From an uncultured bacterium (GTDB lineage: Bacteria > Babelota > Babeliae > Babelales > Babelaceae), in contig OY970209.1 in the NCBI GenBank assembly GCA_963713855.1, positions 1,088,001 through 1,152,000 on the forward strand: DNA of 64,000 nt, given 5' to 3'. Shown here piece after piece: positions 9,570 to 19,664 of this stretch (position 1 is the first letter of the stretch; every line of letters begins with the position of its first letter). The notes under the pieces are model-generated. The model made no database searches and was not told where the DNA came from. It was given only the letters and a program-made list of their open reading frames with translations. The translations under genes were made by a program, and so were the position numbers.

Positions 9570-10229
9570 ATGTCATTAAACTATTGTGCACTCGCTTTCA
9601 TTGCGTTTTTCACCCATTCTTTGAAAGCAATGGAGCAAGCGGAATATAGCCCAGAGAAAATGGCCCAGATGCTTTTTCGTTCGATGTGTATCGCCACTTC
9701 TCTTGACGGCTATGATTTACAAAGCATTCGTGGAATCAGGGATTTGCTTGATAATACGCTGTTGATAAAAGCTGCAGCCCGTGGTAATGAAAGAGCTGTC
9801 GCTGATCTTCTAAAAGCAGAATCTTCTATTAACGCCTATAATTCAGCTGGACAGACAGCTCTCATCATAGCGGTTAAAAATAAGCACGCTAAGATTGCTG
9901 AAATATTGTGCGATAAGGGAGCCGACGTTAATGCTCAGGACTTTTTTGGACGCACGGCTTTAATTGAAGCAATAACGAATAATGACGTCCCCTTAGTTCG
10001 ACTTTTACTTATTCACGGTGCTAATAGAGAACTTCCAACCGGTGCCCGCCAAACAGCTCGTGAAATAGCTATTCGTTTAGGATTTACTGAGGTTCTTGAG
10101 ACCTTGGATACTCCCGCTTGGCATTTTCTTATAGGCGATTTTTTTAATCCAGACGAAGAAGGTTTAGAAGGCTTTGATGTGTATGTGCAAGACCCTGTGG
10201 AACTCTTTTCGAACATGCTGATGGACTAA
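9570..10229 (+). CDS. Secreted ankyrin-repeat protein
   Basis: Signal ending LKA-MEQ. GQTALIIAV..GADVNAQD..GRTALIEAI..LLLIHGAN. Confidence 0.9.
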   Translation: MSLNYCALAFIAFFTHSLKAMEQAEYSPEKMAQMLFRSMCIATSLDGYDLQSIRGIRDLLDNTLLIKAAARGNERAVADLLKAESSINAYNSAGQTALIIAVKNKHAKIAEILCDKGADVNAQDFFGRTALIEAITNNDVPLVRLLLIHGANRELPTGARQTAREIAIRLGFTEVLETLDTPAWHFLIGDFFNPDEEGLEGFDVYVQDPVELFSNMLMD

Positions 10230-10326
10230 CACGATGTCTTCATTTAGCTTAATTAACGCTAAAATCGAGAAATTCTTCAAGTATTACTTTTAATATGGTG
10301 CGCTTAGGCGCTACTGACGAGCTTAA

Positions 10327-11346
10327 ATGGTGAAAAGTACTAAACTTACTTATACTGCAAGTGTTTTCTTATTTCTTATTTGCTGTACATCTCATAAAGC
10401 GCATAGCATGGAGTGGTTTATGGGCTTGTTGGGCTTAGGAGGTAAGAGAAAAAGTGAGGAATTGTCCCAGCCCTCAAAGGAAATAAGAGATCTTCAGCTT
10501 GACATGGCTTGGGGAGCACGGCCAGATGTTCTGATTGCCGAAGAAAGCATGAGGAATAGAAGCGATTTGATAAAATGGTTAATTGAGCGGGGAGCTTCAG
10601 GTAAGGCATTCAGTCGTTTTTACGGTCCGGACATCAGAGCACAATTATTAAGCGGGAATCCGGAAAATGTCGGTGATTATTTAATGACAAATGCGTCTAG
10701 TGAAGAAATCGGAAACGTTTTAATCTTAGCAGCTTCGCAAGGGTATACCGAAGTAGCTACCTTTATCCTTGATCATTTTGTGACCAGGCTTGATTGTAAA
10801 ATTCTCGCAAGAGCTTTTTTTAGAGCGGCATTGGCAGGCCATGAGCATACGGTTAATGCCCTATACCCTTTGGCAATAGAGCTTTTGGGCGATACTTTTC
10901 ATAATATTTGGCTTACATCACTTCGATGGGCAGCAGTACAGGGACGCGTAAAAGTAGTTAGGTATATTCTTACTATGGCTCTACGAGACTATATACAATT
11001 TGATATGAGTGCGATTCATGGCATAGAACAACGCGTCAATGACATCATTGAAGCGAGCAGCATAAGTCAAGGCTATGTTGATGAAGAAGAACGAGCAGAT
11101 TTGAATGATGTCCTTACATCATTAAGGCAATATAGGCTAGTTATTGAGGGTGGCAACGCCCTTCGTTCGTTAGAGATTACGTTACCCCGATACAGAGATT
11201 CGTCAAGACAAGTACCATTGCCGGAGGACATTGTTCACTATATCAGAAGTTTTGAGCGACCGCTTTTTTCGGCCTTTAGAAACATTTTCCTAACTTCTCA
11301 GCTTAACGATCTTTTTTGTGTTGGTCTTCGTTCAGGGCGTCACTGA
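10327..11346 (+). CDS. Secreted degenerate ankyrin-repeat protein with C-terminal F-box-like motif
   Basis: Signal ending AHS-MEW. LILAASQGYTEVATFIL, AFFRAALAGHE, LRWAAVQGRVKVVRYIL; PLPEDIVHYIRSF near the C-terminus. Confidence 0.75.
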   Translation: MVKSTKLTYTASVFLFLICCTSHKAHSMEWFMGLLGLGGKRKSEELSQPSKEIRDLQLDMAWGARPDVLIAEESMRNRSDLIKWLIERGASGKAFSRFYGPDIRAQLLSGNPENVGDYLMTNASSEEIGNVLILAASQGYTEVATFILDHFVTRLDCKILARAFFRAALAGHEHTVNALYPLAIELLGDTFHNIWLTSLRWAAVQGRVKVVRYILTMALRDYIQFDMSAIHGIEQRVNDIIEASSISQGYVDEEERADLNDVLTSLRQYRLVIEGGNALRSLEITLPRYRDSSRQVPLPEDIVHYIRSFERPLFSAFRNIFLTSQLNDLFCVGLRSGRH

Positions 11347-11881
11347 GTATTTTCACAGCTTCTGGTGACTCGTAAATCCTGTTGCCAAAATCTTCAAGGA
11401 ATGCCAACCGATTATTTTGTAAAAGTTCTTGAGCTGATTCCATTTCATCGTTAAGGTCCATGACAATCTGGGTAATTTCAGGCCCAAAAGCTTCGTTTAC
11501 GTAGTTTTTAAGTTTAGCTGTTGCAACTTCAATTGCTTCATTTAACGCTTTTTTAACGATTTGAACAATATCAGATGAGATATCTCGTACCGGATGAGCA
11601 CCTAATGGCGACCAATGAAGTTGTTCAAGCGTAATAAATAGTGCTTTTGTCGCCTGTTTTCCTAAGCATGCAAGATGAGGGTTTTTGCTTACTATGTGAG
11701 TAATCTCGCGGGCGTCCTTAACCGTTGCGCCAAAGTCAACTGCGCCACCTTTTTTCTTAAGAGTATCGATGAATTTTCTTGTATAGTCATTACTTTGCTT
11801 TGACGACAATGTGCAGGTTGCTGAAGCTTCTAGTGTTGCACCAAAGACAATCATGGCCTGTAATAGTAGCATTTTATTCAT
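11303..11881 (-). CDS. Secreted hypothetical protein
   Basis: GAGGAG RBS upstream; signal-like MNKMLLLQAMIVFGATLEASA; 192 aa. Its 3' end overlaps the convergent gene by 44 nt. Confidence 0.7.
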   Translation of the reverse strand: MNKMLLLQAMIVFGATLEASATCTLSSKQSNDYTRKFIDTLKKKGGAVDFGATVKDAREITHIVSKNPHLACLGKQATKALFITLEQLHWSPLGAHPVRDISSDIVQIVKKALNEAIEVATAKLKNYVNEAFGPEITQIVMDLNDEMESAQELLQNNRLAFLEDFGNRIYESPEAVKILSDALNEDQHKKDR

Positions 11882-11942
11882 GGAGACTCCTCAATAGTAG
11901 TTTTCAAAAATTGAAGGCTGAAAGCTTTCTTTTTAACGTTTC

Positions 11943-13391
11943 TTAGGCGGCTACCGGAATATCTTGTAACTTTGCTCTATTTTCTTCATTCTTTTTTTCG
12001 GTCGAAAAATATTTCTTCAATACTTTATCTTCAAAATAGGTCATGAGTTTAAGCTTAATTGGCCTAAAGCCCTTATCAGTATCTTCATCAACGAGCTTAT
12101 TGATGGCATCAGTATCTTCTTCGGTAAAATCTTCTTGTGAAAGAGCGAGTTCTGCCTGCTCATGAAGCTGTAATACTGATGGAAAGAGTTCTTTCCACAC
12201 AGCAGTTTTTTTGTATTCTTTTTCGTAGCCAGCAAAAGGAACAACATGGAGGCGACTAAGCAGAGCGTCATCTGTAACAACCGTTTTTCCTCCTAAAACG
12301 ATTCCAAGATGTCCAATATAGACATCGGCCCTTAAATAAGGGCTATAAAAAGTACTGGTTTCTGATTCAAGCAAGGTGAGAATAAAGGACAAGAGGTCAC
12401 TATTTGCTTCATTTAACAATATTCTATCTGCATCATCAATCAGTAAGATCATATTAGCCGCTTTTTGAGCCGTGTCTTTAGTAAGCGCATTAATCAAGAT
12501 ACCCGGATCATCATAATCTCCAATAAGCTTATGCATGTCCACGTTTGCTAAAGAAATAACTGCAATCGGTAAGCCAAGCGCCTCAGCTACCATTTTTGCA
12601 GCTCTCGTTTTGCCCACACCTGGTTCACCATAAAAATATGCTGCAATTTTACGCACTGCTGTAGCAGTTGAAGCAGCTGCATGCCGAATACAATACCGCT
12701 TGAGCTCGAGCGTTGTTTGCGGGCTATAACCTTGCAAGACGGCGTCAATTCGCTCACTGTCGTACACAATTTTATGATTTTCAAAGGGCAATTTAAGTAT
12801 CGTTTCAATAATTTTGATGTCATGTTCACGTGGCCCTGGATGTGGTGAACAGCGCACGGATACAAAATGTTTCTCAACGACACGTTGAAGCTCGAGTTGT
12901 ATGCGAGGCTTAGATCTAACGTACGTAATTTCTAGTCGATCGAGCTCACTTTTTGATCCTTGAGATAAATAAACCTGCTTAATGGAATCTATGAGGGATA
13001 CTAACTTGCTTATGGGCTCAGAACTGGCGTATGTCAAAAGCTGCCCAAGAGCAGCTCCGCTTCCAAGACCTACCGCCATGGGAACTTTATCAAGGAGATT
13101 ACTATATCGGTAAAGCACAAGAGCAGCTGGCAGAAAAGGTATAGCGTAGATCGCTGAATCTGTTATAGTCCACAAAGCACCAAAAATGCGCCTGTATTGA
13201 AAGTGCGTTTCTAGCATGTCTTGCTGAGTTTCTTCGTCCGCTTCTTGAAATGCCTCCGCCGCTATTAGTGCTGACTGATCGAAAAGATCGTAATTTTTTT
13301 GGCAATAAGCAGGAGAGAAATCCTGATTCATGGCCTCGATTTGATTGTTGATGAAGCACCCAAATAAGAGGACGAGAAAATATTTTTTCAT
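11943..13391 (-). CDS. Lon-like AAA+ ATPase without protease domain, with signal peptide and hydrophobic segments
   Basis: FYGEPGVGKT, PGILINAL, ILLIDDADR, LLESE..FYSPYL.., LLSRLHVVPFAGYE, KGFRPI follow the Lon AAA+ module in order. The protein ends where Lon's protease domain would begin. Likely start MKKYFLVLLF (13391). Confidence 0.75.
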   Translation of the reverse strand: MKKYFLVLLFGCFINNQIEAMNQDFSPAYCQKNYDLFDQSALIAAEAFQEADEETQQDMLETHFQYRRIFGALWTITDSAIYAIPFLPAALVLYRYSNLLDKVPMAVGLGSGAALGQLLTYASSEPISKLVSLIDSIKQVYLSQGSKSELDRLEITYVRSKPRIQLELQRVVEKHFVSVRCSPHPGPREHDIKIIETILKLPFENHKIVYDSERIDAVLQGYSPQTTLELKRYCIRHAAASTATAVRKIAAYFYGEPGVGKTRAAKMVAEALGLPIAVISLANVDMHKLIGDYDDPGILINALTKDTAQKAANMILLIDDADRILLNEANSDLLSFILTLLESETSTFYSPYLRADVYIGHLGIVLGGKTVVTDDALLSRLHVVPFAGYEKEYKKTAVWKELFPSVLQLHEQAELALSQEDFTEEDTDAINKLVDEDTDKGFRPIKLKLMTYFEDKVLKKYFSTEKKNEENRAKLQDIPVAA

Positions 13392-13678
13392 GTTGATTTG
13401 TATAGGTTTCACGAATATCTTACCTCTATTTCTCAGTTTATAAATATTATATTTCTGAATAAAAAAATGTAAAGTGCTCTTCTTGAGAAAACCAAATGAA
13501 AAAACTCACGCAGCCTGAAGTGTGACCGGCATCAAAATGCGCGCATGGTCCGGATCAACTTCTCGCTTGTCTTCATAAAGAAAACATGTTAATTTTCTAG
13601 CGCCTTTATAAGAGCATTGTTGCTTTCTTAAATTAATAAGGTTGAGAAAAAGGTCATCTATAAAAAGTCGAGTTTTAT

Positions 13679-15967
13679 ATGCAGTTCATGATATTGCTGG
13701 GCCTATTATTGTGTTTTGTGGTCACAAGAATGGAATCAAATAGTAGTTGCTCGTTACAGCCGGGTGTCAATTATCCCTTTCCTGGTTCTTCAGTACCTAC
13801 TTTAGTGGCATTTTCACCGTCAGGCAACTATCTTGCGACTGCCAATGGTGCTTCGAATGATGTTACTCTATTTACGGTAGGAGCCGGGGGAGTATTGGAT
13901 GCTGGTACCACCACTGCTTTACCATCTGGTTCTACACAAGCTATTTCAGTAGCATTCTCACCGTCGGGTAATTATCTTGCTACCGCTAATTATTCTTCAA
14001 ATGATGTAACAGTATTTACCGTAGGGGCTGGAGGCGTTCTGAGTGGGGCGGCATCGTACGCTTTACCAGTGGGTTCTATTAATCCTTTTTCTGTGGCATT
14101 TTCACCTGATGGCTTATATCTTGCAGTGGCAATCGCTAACTCGAATGATGTAGCTATATTTTCAGTAGGCGTTGGTGGAGCATTGAGCGGCGTGACACCC
14201 TACGCTTTACCCCCTGGCTCTACGGGACCTTCTTCAGTGGCATTTTCACCATCAGGCAATTATCTGACCACCGCGAATTCAGGTTCAAATGATGTGACCG
14301 TATTTACGGTAGGATTAGGCGGTGCTTTGAGCGGAGGGTTAAGCTATGCTTTGCCTCCTGGTTCTACAATACCTTCTTCAGTCGTATTTTCCCCATCAGG
14401 CAATTATCTTGCTACTGCTAATTATGGTAATGCCAGTGGTACTACAGTAACGCTATTTCAAGTGGGAGCAGGAGGAGTATTAAGCGGAGGAGTAAGCTCC
14501 GCTTTACCTTCTGGCTCTACAGGGCCTATTTCAGTAGCATTTTCACCGTCGGGTAATTATCTTGCTACTGCTAATTATGCTTCACATGATGTAACCGTGT
14601 TTACCTTAAGTGCAGGAGGAACTTTAAGCACTGGCATATCTTATATTTTGCCTTCGGGTTCTTCTAATCCTCAGTCAGTGGCATTTTCACCATCAGGCAA
14701 TTATTTTGTAACTGTTGATGGTGGCGTAGGTATTCACGTAACAGTATTTATCCTGAATTGTTCAGCAAGCCCAACGATAGTAGGTACTTCCTATCCTTTG
14801 CCCACTGGTTCTCGTGAGCCTCATTCAATAGCTATTTCAAAGAATGGTTTATTTTTGGCAACAGGCAATTACAATTCAAGCGATGTAACGCTATTTTCAG
14901 TAGGTAATGATGACACACTCAGTAGCGCCGCCTCATTCTCGTTACCACTGGGTTCATTGGCACCGGCGAGTATTGCCTTTTCATATGACACATCATACGT
15001 GGCAACAGCAAATAGCAAAACAAATGATGTAACTCTTTTTCACGTAACCGCAGGAGCGCTAGCAGGGGCAACATCATATAAATTACCGAGCAATTCAACT
15101 CATCCCGTTGCGATTGAATTTTCGCCGGATGATGCTTATCTTGTAACTGCTAACAGTCAATCGGGGGATATCACATTGTTCAAAGTAGCAGGAGGAGCAC
15201 TTAGCGATGCTCTTTCTTATACTTTGCCCGCTAATTCAACAAATCCAGTAGCGGTAGCGTTTTCACCCGATGGCTCATATTTAGCGACGGCCAATGCTCT
15301 GTCAAATGACGTCACACTCTTTAACGCCACCAATGGGGTACTAAAAAGTATATCGTCCCATACACTGCCTATTGATTCAAGCATGCCACACTCAGTCGTG
15401 TTTTTACCAACACCTACCGGGATTTTTATAGCAACGGCAAACAGTAATTCAAGTGATATAACACTATTTCCAGTACAGGGGGGTACGTTGGAAACGGGAA
15501 CGTCATATAAATTACCACTCGGTTCAACAGATCTACTATTTATTTCAGCTGCACCACAAGGAACATATCTAGCGACGGCAAATGGTATTTCTAATGTCTT
15601 TACCTTGTTTACGGTGAGCAACGGGATCCTAGGCCAAGGTTTTTCATATAATCTGCCTGGAAATTCGAGTAATGATGTAGCAGTAGCGTTCGCTCCGGTA
15701 CCGACAAGCACAGGAAATGTGTTTCTTGCAACTGCAAACAGCGACTCAAACGATGTATCGGTTGTAACGATTCTTGGTTCTGAGGGAGATGGTAGTAGCA
15801 ACGTTCCTCTCGGTCTTATCTTAGGAATATCTCTGGGAGTTCCTGCGGCTTTTGTGGTTGGAGCAACGGCCATTTCGGCGGGTGCATTTGTTTACTATCA
15901 GTATTGGTATAGGCATCGTGGCCTTCGGAGTGTGAATTATGGTACTGATTCCACGGACACATTATGA
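13679..15967 (+). CDS. Membrane-anchored beta-propeller repeat protein (7+7 blades)
   Basis: Signal peptide; 14 repeats of SYxLPxGSxxPxSVAFSPxGxYLATANxxSNDVTxF; GDGSS linker; TM helix; tail RHRGLRSVNYGTDSTDTL. Confidence 0.9.
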   Translation: MQFMILLGLLLCFVVTRMESNSSCSLQPGVNYPFPGSSVPTLVAFSPSGNYLATANGASNDVTLFTVGAGGVLDAGTTTALPSGSTQAISVAFSPSGNYLATANYSSNDVTVFTVGAGGVLSGAASYALPVGSINPFSVAFSPDGLYLAVAIANSNDVAIFSVGVGGALSGVTPYALPPGSTGPSSVAFSPSGNYLTTANSGSNDVTVFTVGLGGALSGGLSYALPPGSTIPSSVVFSPSGNYLATANYGNASGTTVTLFQVGAGGVLSGGVSSALPSGSTGPISVAFSPSGNYLATANYASHDVTVFTLSAGGTLSTGISYILPSGSSNPQSVAFSPSGNYFVTVDGGVGIHVTVFILNCSASPTIVGTSYPLPTGSREPHSIAISKNGLFLATGNYNSSDVTLFSVGNDDTLSSAASFSLPLGSLAPASIAFSYDTSYVATANSKTNDVTLFHVTAGALAGATSYKLPSNSTHPVAIEFSPDDAYLVTANSQSGDITLFKVAGGALSDALSYTLPANSTNPVAVAFSPDGSYLATANALSNDVTLFNATNGVLKSISSHTLPIDSSMPHSVVFLPTPTGIFIATANSNSSDITLFPVQGGTLETGTSYKLPLGSTDLLFISAAPQGTYLATANGISNVFTLFTVSNGILGQGFSYNLPGNSSNDVAVAFAPVPTSTGNVFLATANSDSNDVSVVTILGSEGDGSSNVPLGLILGISLGVPAAFVVGATAISAGAFVYYQYWYRHRGLRSVNYGTDSTDTL

Positions 15968-16004
15968 GCTGGATTCCGGTTTTTGAAAAGTAGTAAGGAG
16001 TAAC

Positions 16005-16328
16005 ATGATGTTGCCTAGAAGTATTCCTCAGAAACATTCTTTTAAGCTTAGTTTTTTTCTTCCATAAGCTCAGTTGCCCAACCTGTTAGCGAAATTAGCT
16101 ATGCTTTGCCCGGTGCCTCTTTCTGGCCTTCCGGTGCACAATTTTCGCCCAACGGTCAGTATCTTGCAACTGCGAATAAAAATGATGTATCAGTTTTTTA
16201 ATGTGCAAGCGGGCGGAACGTTGCTTGCAGGCTCGTCCTCTTTACTACCTCCGGGTACTACGACCCCCTACGCAGCAGTATTTTCGCCTGATAGCTCTTA
16301 TCTAGCTACCGCTAACTTCAATACATAG
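16005..16328 (+). pseudogene. 5' stub of a long-class propeller gene
   Basis: AAGGAG precedes ATG 16005 and the frame stops early after a T7 run. Another frame reads SEISYALPGASFWPSGAQFSPNGQYLATANKNDVSVF. An extra T in a T6 run (~16194-16199) shifts the frame again, and the stub ends in blade 2. Confidence 0.8.
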
Positions 16329-16358
16329 GCTGGCTTTAAATCCGAAAAGTTTGGAACA

Positions 16359-19300
16359 TTAAAGCTCTTCTTCCGGTCCGTAATTTACGCTTCCAAGTGA
16401 AGTTCGAGGTCTATGAACGTGCTTATAAATTAAAAAAGCAACTACGCCGGCAGTAGTAAGAAGAACCGCAGTGCCCACAATACCCGCGGTTAATGTTGTT
16501 GCGAGTATGATGGCCAAATCGTTATTGCTGGATAAGCCATCACCACCGTCTCCACCTTGCGCGCCATTGGTGTTACCATCCCCGAAAAGTGAAGCCACCG
16601 TCACATCGTCCGAAAGCGCATTAGCAGTAGCAAGATGTACTCCGTCAGGCGCAAAAGTTATACCTACACATTGTGTTGAGTTAGCTGGCAAGTTAAAAGA
16701 AATCCCCTGGCTTAAGACGCCGTTACTTACCGTAAAAAGAGTGAAGCTGCTTGATGCGCTGTTAGCAGTTGCTATATAGGTACCATTTGTTGATGAAGCA
16801 GCAGCAATTGACTGCGGATTAGTAGTTCCCGATGGTAACGGATATGACTGTCCATTATTCAAAGTGCCAGCTTGAAAGTCAAATACAGAAACGTCATTAG
16901 AGTCACCATTTGCGGTAATGAGTAAGAATGTATTACTCAATGGTAAAAATGCTATAGATTGAGGTCCGGAAGATCCTGTAGGAAGAGCTGTTGATGCTCC
17001 AGAGCTTAAAGCACCTGCGCTAAATGACCATGTCGTTACGTCATTCGAACCATGATTTGCGCTTGCAAGAAAAGCACCGTTAGGTGTAAAAGCAAGAGCC
17101 GCAGGTTCCGTTGAACCTGCCGGTAATGCGTAAGCAGTGGGATTTGTGAGCGATGCACCTGTTATATCAAATACGACAACATTATTTGAATCACGGTTAC
17201 AAACTACAACATAAAGGTCATCGGGTGAAAAAGCGATGCCTGATGGATTTGTTGATCCAGGAGGTAAAGAGTACGATATGGGCTTAATTAATTGGCCACT
17301 ATTAACGTGGAAAAGTGTCACATCATTTGAGTTATGGTTGCCAGTGGCAACTAAAGAATTATTTGCAGAAAAAGCTATCGATGTGGGATTTGAAGGTGTT
17401 TGTAAATTGTAAGGCAATGGAAAAGCCTTTTTTGCGGTGAGTGTAAACGTGTTGTTGCTTGAATTTACGTCAAAAAGTGCAACGTCGCTTGACCCAAAAT
17501 TCGCAGTTACCAAGTATGAGCGATCGGATGAAAAAGATACGGCGCTAGGCCTTTGGGAACTTATTGAAAGTTGTGGCAAAATGTACGACGTTCCCGTATT
17601 AAGGGTTCCGCCCGTTGAGGTAAAAAGAGTGATATCAGAAGAACCCGTATTAGCGACAGCTGTAAACATGCTGTTGGGTGAAATAGCTATTGAATTATCA
17701 AAATAATCGCCCGTTGGTAGTGGATACGTTGCCAGCAAACTAAGTACGCCTCCTGCTCCAACGCTAAATGTCGTAACCTTGCCTATTCCAGTATCAATGG
17801 CTATATATGAGCCATCGGCGGAAAACGCAAGGGAGAAAACGCCGCCGCTTGGTAAACTATATGACGTCGCGCCACTTAAAACTCCTCCAGATCCCACATT
17901 AAACATAGTTACTTGTCCCGAAACAACAGCGAGATGTAAGCCATCGGGCGAAAACGAAAGCGAAGTGGCGCCTGCAAAATAAGAGGGCACTGAGTAACTA
18001 GTGCCTGTACTCAAAGAGCCTCCTACTCCAACACTAAATATTGTCACATTAGATGAGCCGTTAGCGGTAGCTACATATGAGCCATCGGGTGAAAAGGCTA
18101 TTGCCAAAGGATCCCAAGTACTCGCTGGCAACGAATACGACGTTCCCGCGTTCAATGTCCCACCGTTAACCGTAAAAATCGTTACACTACCTGCCAATTG
18201 AGAATCACTGTTTGCTGTAGCAAGGTAATTGCCTGATGGCGAAAAAGCTAGTCCCGAGGGTGCATAAGAACCGACTGGCAGAGGGTATGAGATTCCAGTG
18301 CCGAGTACTTCGCCTGCTTGCACATTAAATACTGTTACGCTGTTTGCATACTTATTAGTGGTTGTAATGTAGGAACCGTTAGGTGAAAATGCAATTGAAG
18401 TAGGCTGTGTGGTATTTGAAATTACCTGGTAAGATGCAGCATTCGATAAAGCTCCGCCTGAGCCAACACTAAATATCGATACGTTGTTTGAGTACCTATT
18501 AGCAGTGGCTAAGTACGCACCATCTGCAGAAAATGCTACCGATTCAGGAGCAATCGAATTTGTAGGCAACGCATAGGTCGTCCCAGCATTTAATGTGCCT
18601 CCCGACTGCACGGTAAATACTGTGACACTATTTGAGAAGGTGTTAGCTGTAACGAGATTGGTGCTATTTGGTGAAAAGGTAATTGAATTAGGCCTTGGAT
18701 TAGAACTTGGTATTGAGTAGGAAGTGCCTGTGCCAAGAGTTTGTCCGGTTACGCTAAACAGGGTCACATCATTAGAACCCGAATTTGCGGTTGCAAGGTA
18801 CTGGCCATTTGGTGAAAATGCAACTGAAGAAGCGTTATTAGATCCTGTCGGCAGCGAGTATGTGGTGGGATTACTCAGAGTACCCCCAGTTCCCACCGTT
18901 AATAGCACAACATTTGAGACGCCGGCGCTGGCCAGAAGTGAGCTATCTGGTGAGAAAGTCGCTGCATAGGTGCCAGTTGCTCCCGAATATGTCGTTGGGC
19001 TACTTAAGGTGCCGTTTGATCCTATGGTAAATAAAACAATTTGTGAGAAATGCGCAACAACGAGATATAAACCGTTGGGGGAAAATGTTAACGAACTTGA
19101 ATAACCGATGTATCCATCGAGAAAAGCAGTGGGGCCGAGTGAGTAGGAGTTTCCCACATTAAGGATGCCTCCCACGCCAACTGTAAATATCGTTACGTCT
19201 CCTGATTCGAAGTTTACCGTTGCAAGAAATGAACCATCTGGTGAAAAGGCGATCGATTGGGGAGAAAGCGAGCCGCTAGGTAAAGGATACGTAGCAGCGC

Positions 19301-19664
19301 CGCTCAGCACTCCACCAGCTCCAACTTGAAATATGGTTACGTCGTTGGTAAATGAATTAGCAGTAGCAAGGTATAATCCGTTAGGCGAAATCACTGAGCA
19401 ACTGGGAGGCGTTAATCCTACCGGTAATCGATAAGAACTCATTGCACTAAGCGCTCCAGTTCCCGATACGCTAAATATTGACACATCGTCAGAACCATTA
19501 GCGCTAGCAAGGTATGATCCATTAGGCGAAAATACTGCAGCATTAGGCCATTTAGAAACGCCTGGCAAAGGGTAGCTGATCTCGCTGAGTGCTTTACTCA
19601 GACAGTTCCAAGAAATAAGACTTAAGCTAAAAAGTAAGTATCGTACGCTTGATTGAGCCGTCAT
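16359..19664 (-). CDS. Membrane-anchored beta-propeller repeat protein (21 blades, class lacking bracketing Cys)
   Basis: Signal peptide, 21 counted repeats, GDGGDG linker, TM, tail HRPRTSLGSVNYGPEEEL. Confidence 0.9.
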   Translation of the reverse strand: MTAQSSVRYLLFSLSLISWNCLSKALSEISYPLPGVSKWPNAAVFSPNGSYLASANGSDDVSIFSVSGTGALSAMSSYRLPVGLTPPSCSVISPNGLYLATANSFTNDVTIFQVGAGGVLSGAATYPLPSGSLSPQSIAFSPDGSFLATVNFESGDVTIFTVGVGGILNVGNSYSLGPTAFLDGYIGYSSSLTFSPNGLYLVVAHFSQIVLFTIGSNGTLSSPTTYSGATGTYAATFSPDSSLLASAGVSNVVLLTVGTGGTLSNPTTYSLPTGSNNASSVAFSPNGQYLATANSGSNDVTLFSVTGQTLGTGTSYSIPSSNPRPNSITFSPNSTNLVTANTFSNSVTVFTVQSGGTLNAGTTYALPTNSIAPESVAFSADGAYLATANRYSNNVSIFSVGSGGALSNAASYQVISNTTQPTSIAFSPNGSYITTTNKYANSVTVFNVQAGEVLGTGISYPLPVGSYAPSGLAFSPSGNYLATANSDSQLAGSVTIFTVNGGTLNAGTSYSLPASTWDPLAIAFSPDGSYVATANGSSNVTIFSVGVGGSLSTGTSYSVPSYFAGATSLSFSPDGLHLAVVSGQVTMFNVGSGGVLSGATSYSLPSGGVFSLAFSADGSYIAIDTGIGKVTTFSVGAGGVLSLLATYPLPTGDYFDNSIAISPNSMFTAVANTGSSDITLFTSTGGTLNTGTSYILPQLSISSQRPSAVSFSSDRSYLVTANFGSSDVALFDVNSSNNTFTLTAKKAFPLPYNLQTPSNPTSIAFSANNSLVATGNHNSNDVTLFHVNSGQLIKPISYSLPPGSTNPSGIAFSPDDLYVVVCNRDSNNVVVFDITGASLTNPTAYALPAGSTEPAALAFTPNGAFLASANHGSNDVTTWSFSAGALSSGASTALPTGSSGPQSIAFLPLSNTFLLITANGDSNDVSVFDFQAGTLNNGQSYPLPSGTTNPQSIAAASSTNGTYIATANSASSSFTLFTVSNGVLSQGISFNLPANSTQCVGITFAPDGVHLATANALSDDVTVASLFGDGNTNGAQGGDGGDGLSSNNDLAIILATTLTAGIVGTAVLLTTAGVVAFLIYKHVHRPRTSLGSVNYGPEEEL

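Noticed and set aside
11943..13391. Calling this gene lon
   Set aside because: It lacks the Lon N-domain and the Ser-Lys protease domain, so the symbol would be misleading.
13679..15967. Annotation as 6-phosphogluconolactonase (pgl)
   Set aside because: Only the propeller repeat pattern is shared. Signal peptide, multiple rings, TM anchor and high copy number argue against the metabolic enzyme.
15900..15967. Tail motif as an LDL-receptor NPxY, PP1 RVxF or class I PDZ ligand
   Set aside because: No NPxY is present, the basic residue is too far from V for canonical RVxF, and the -2 residue is usually D/E rather than S/T.
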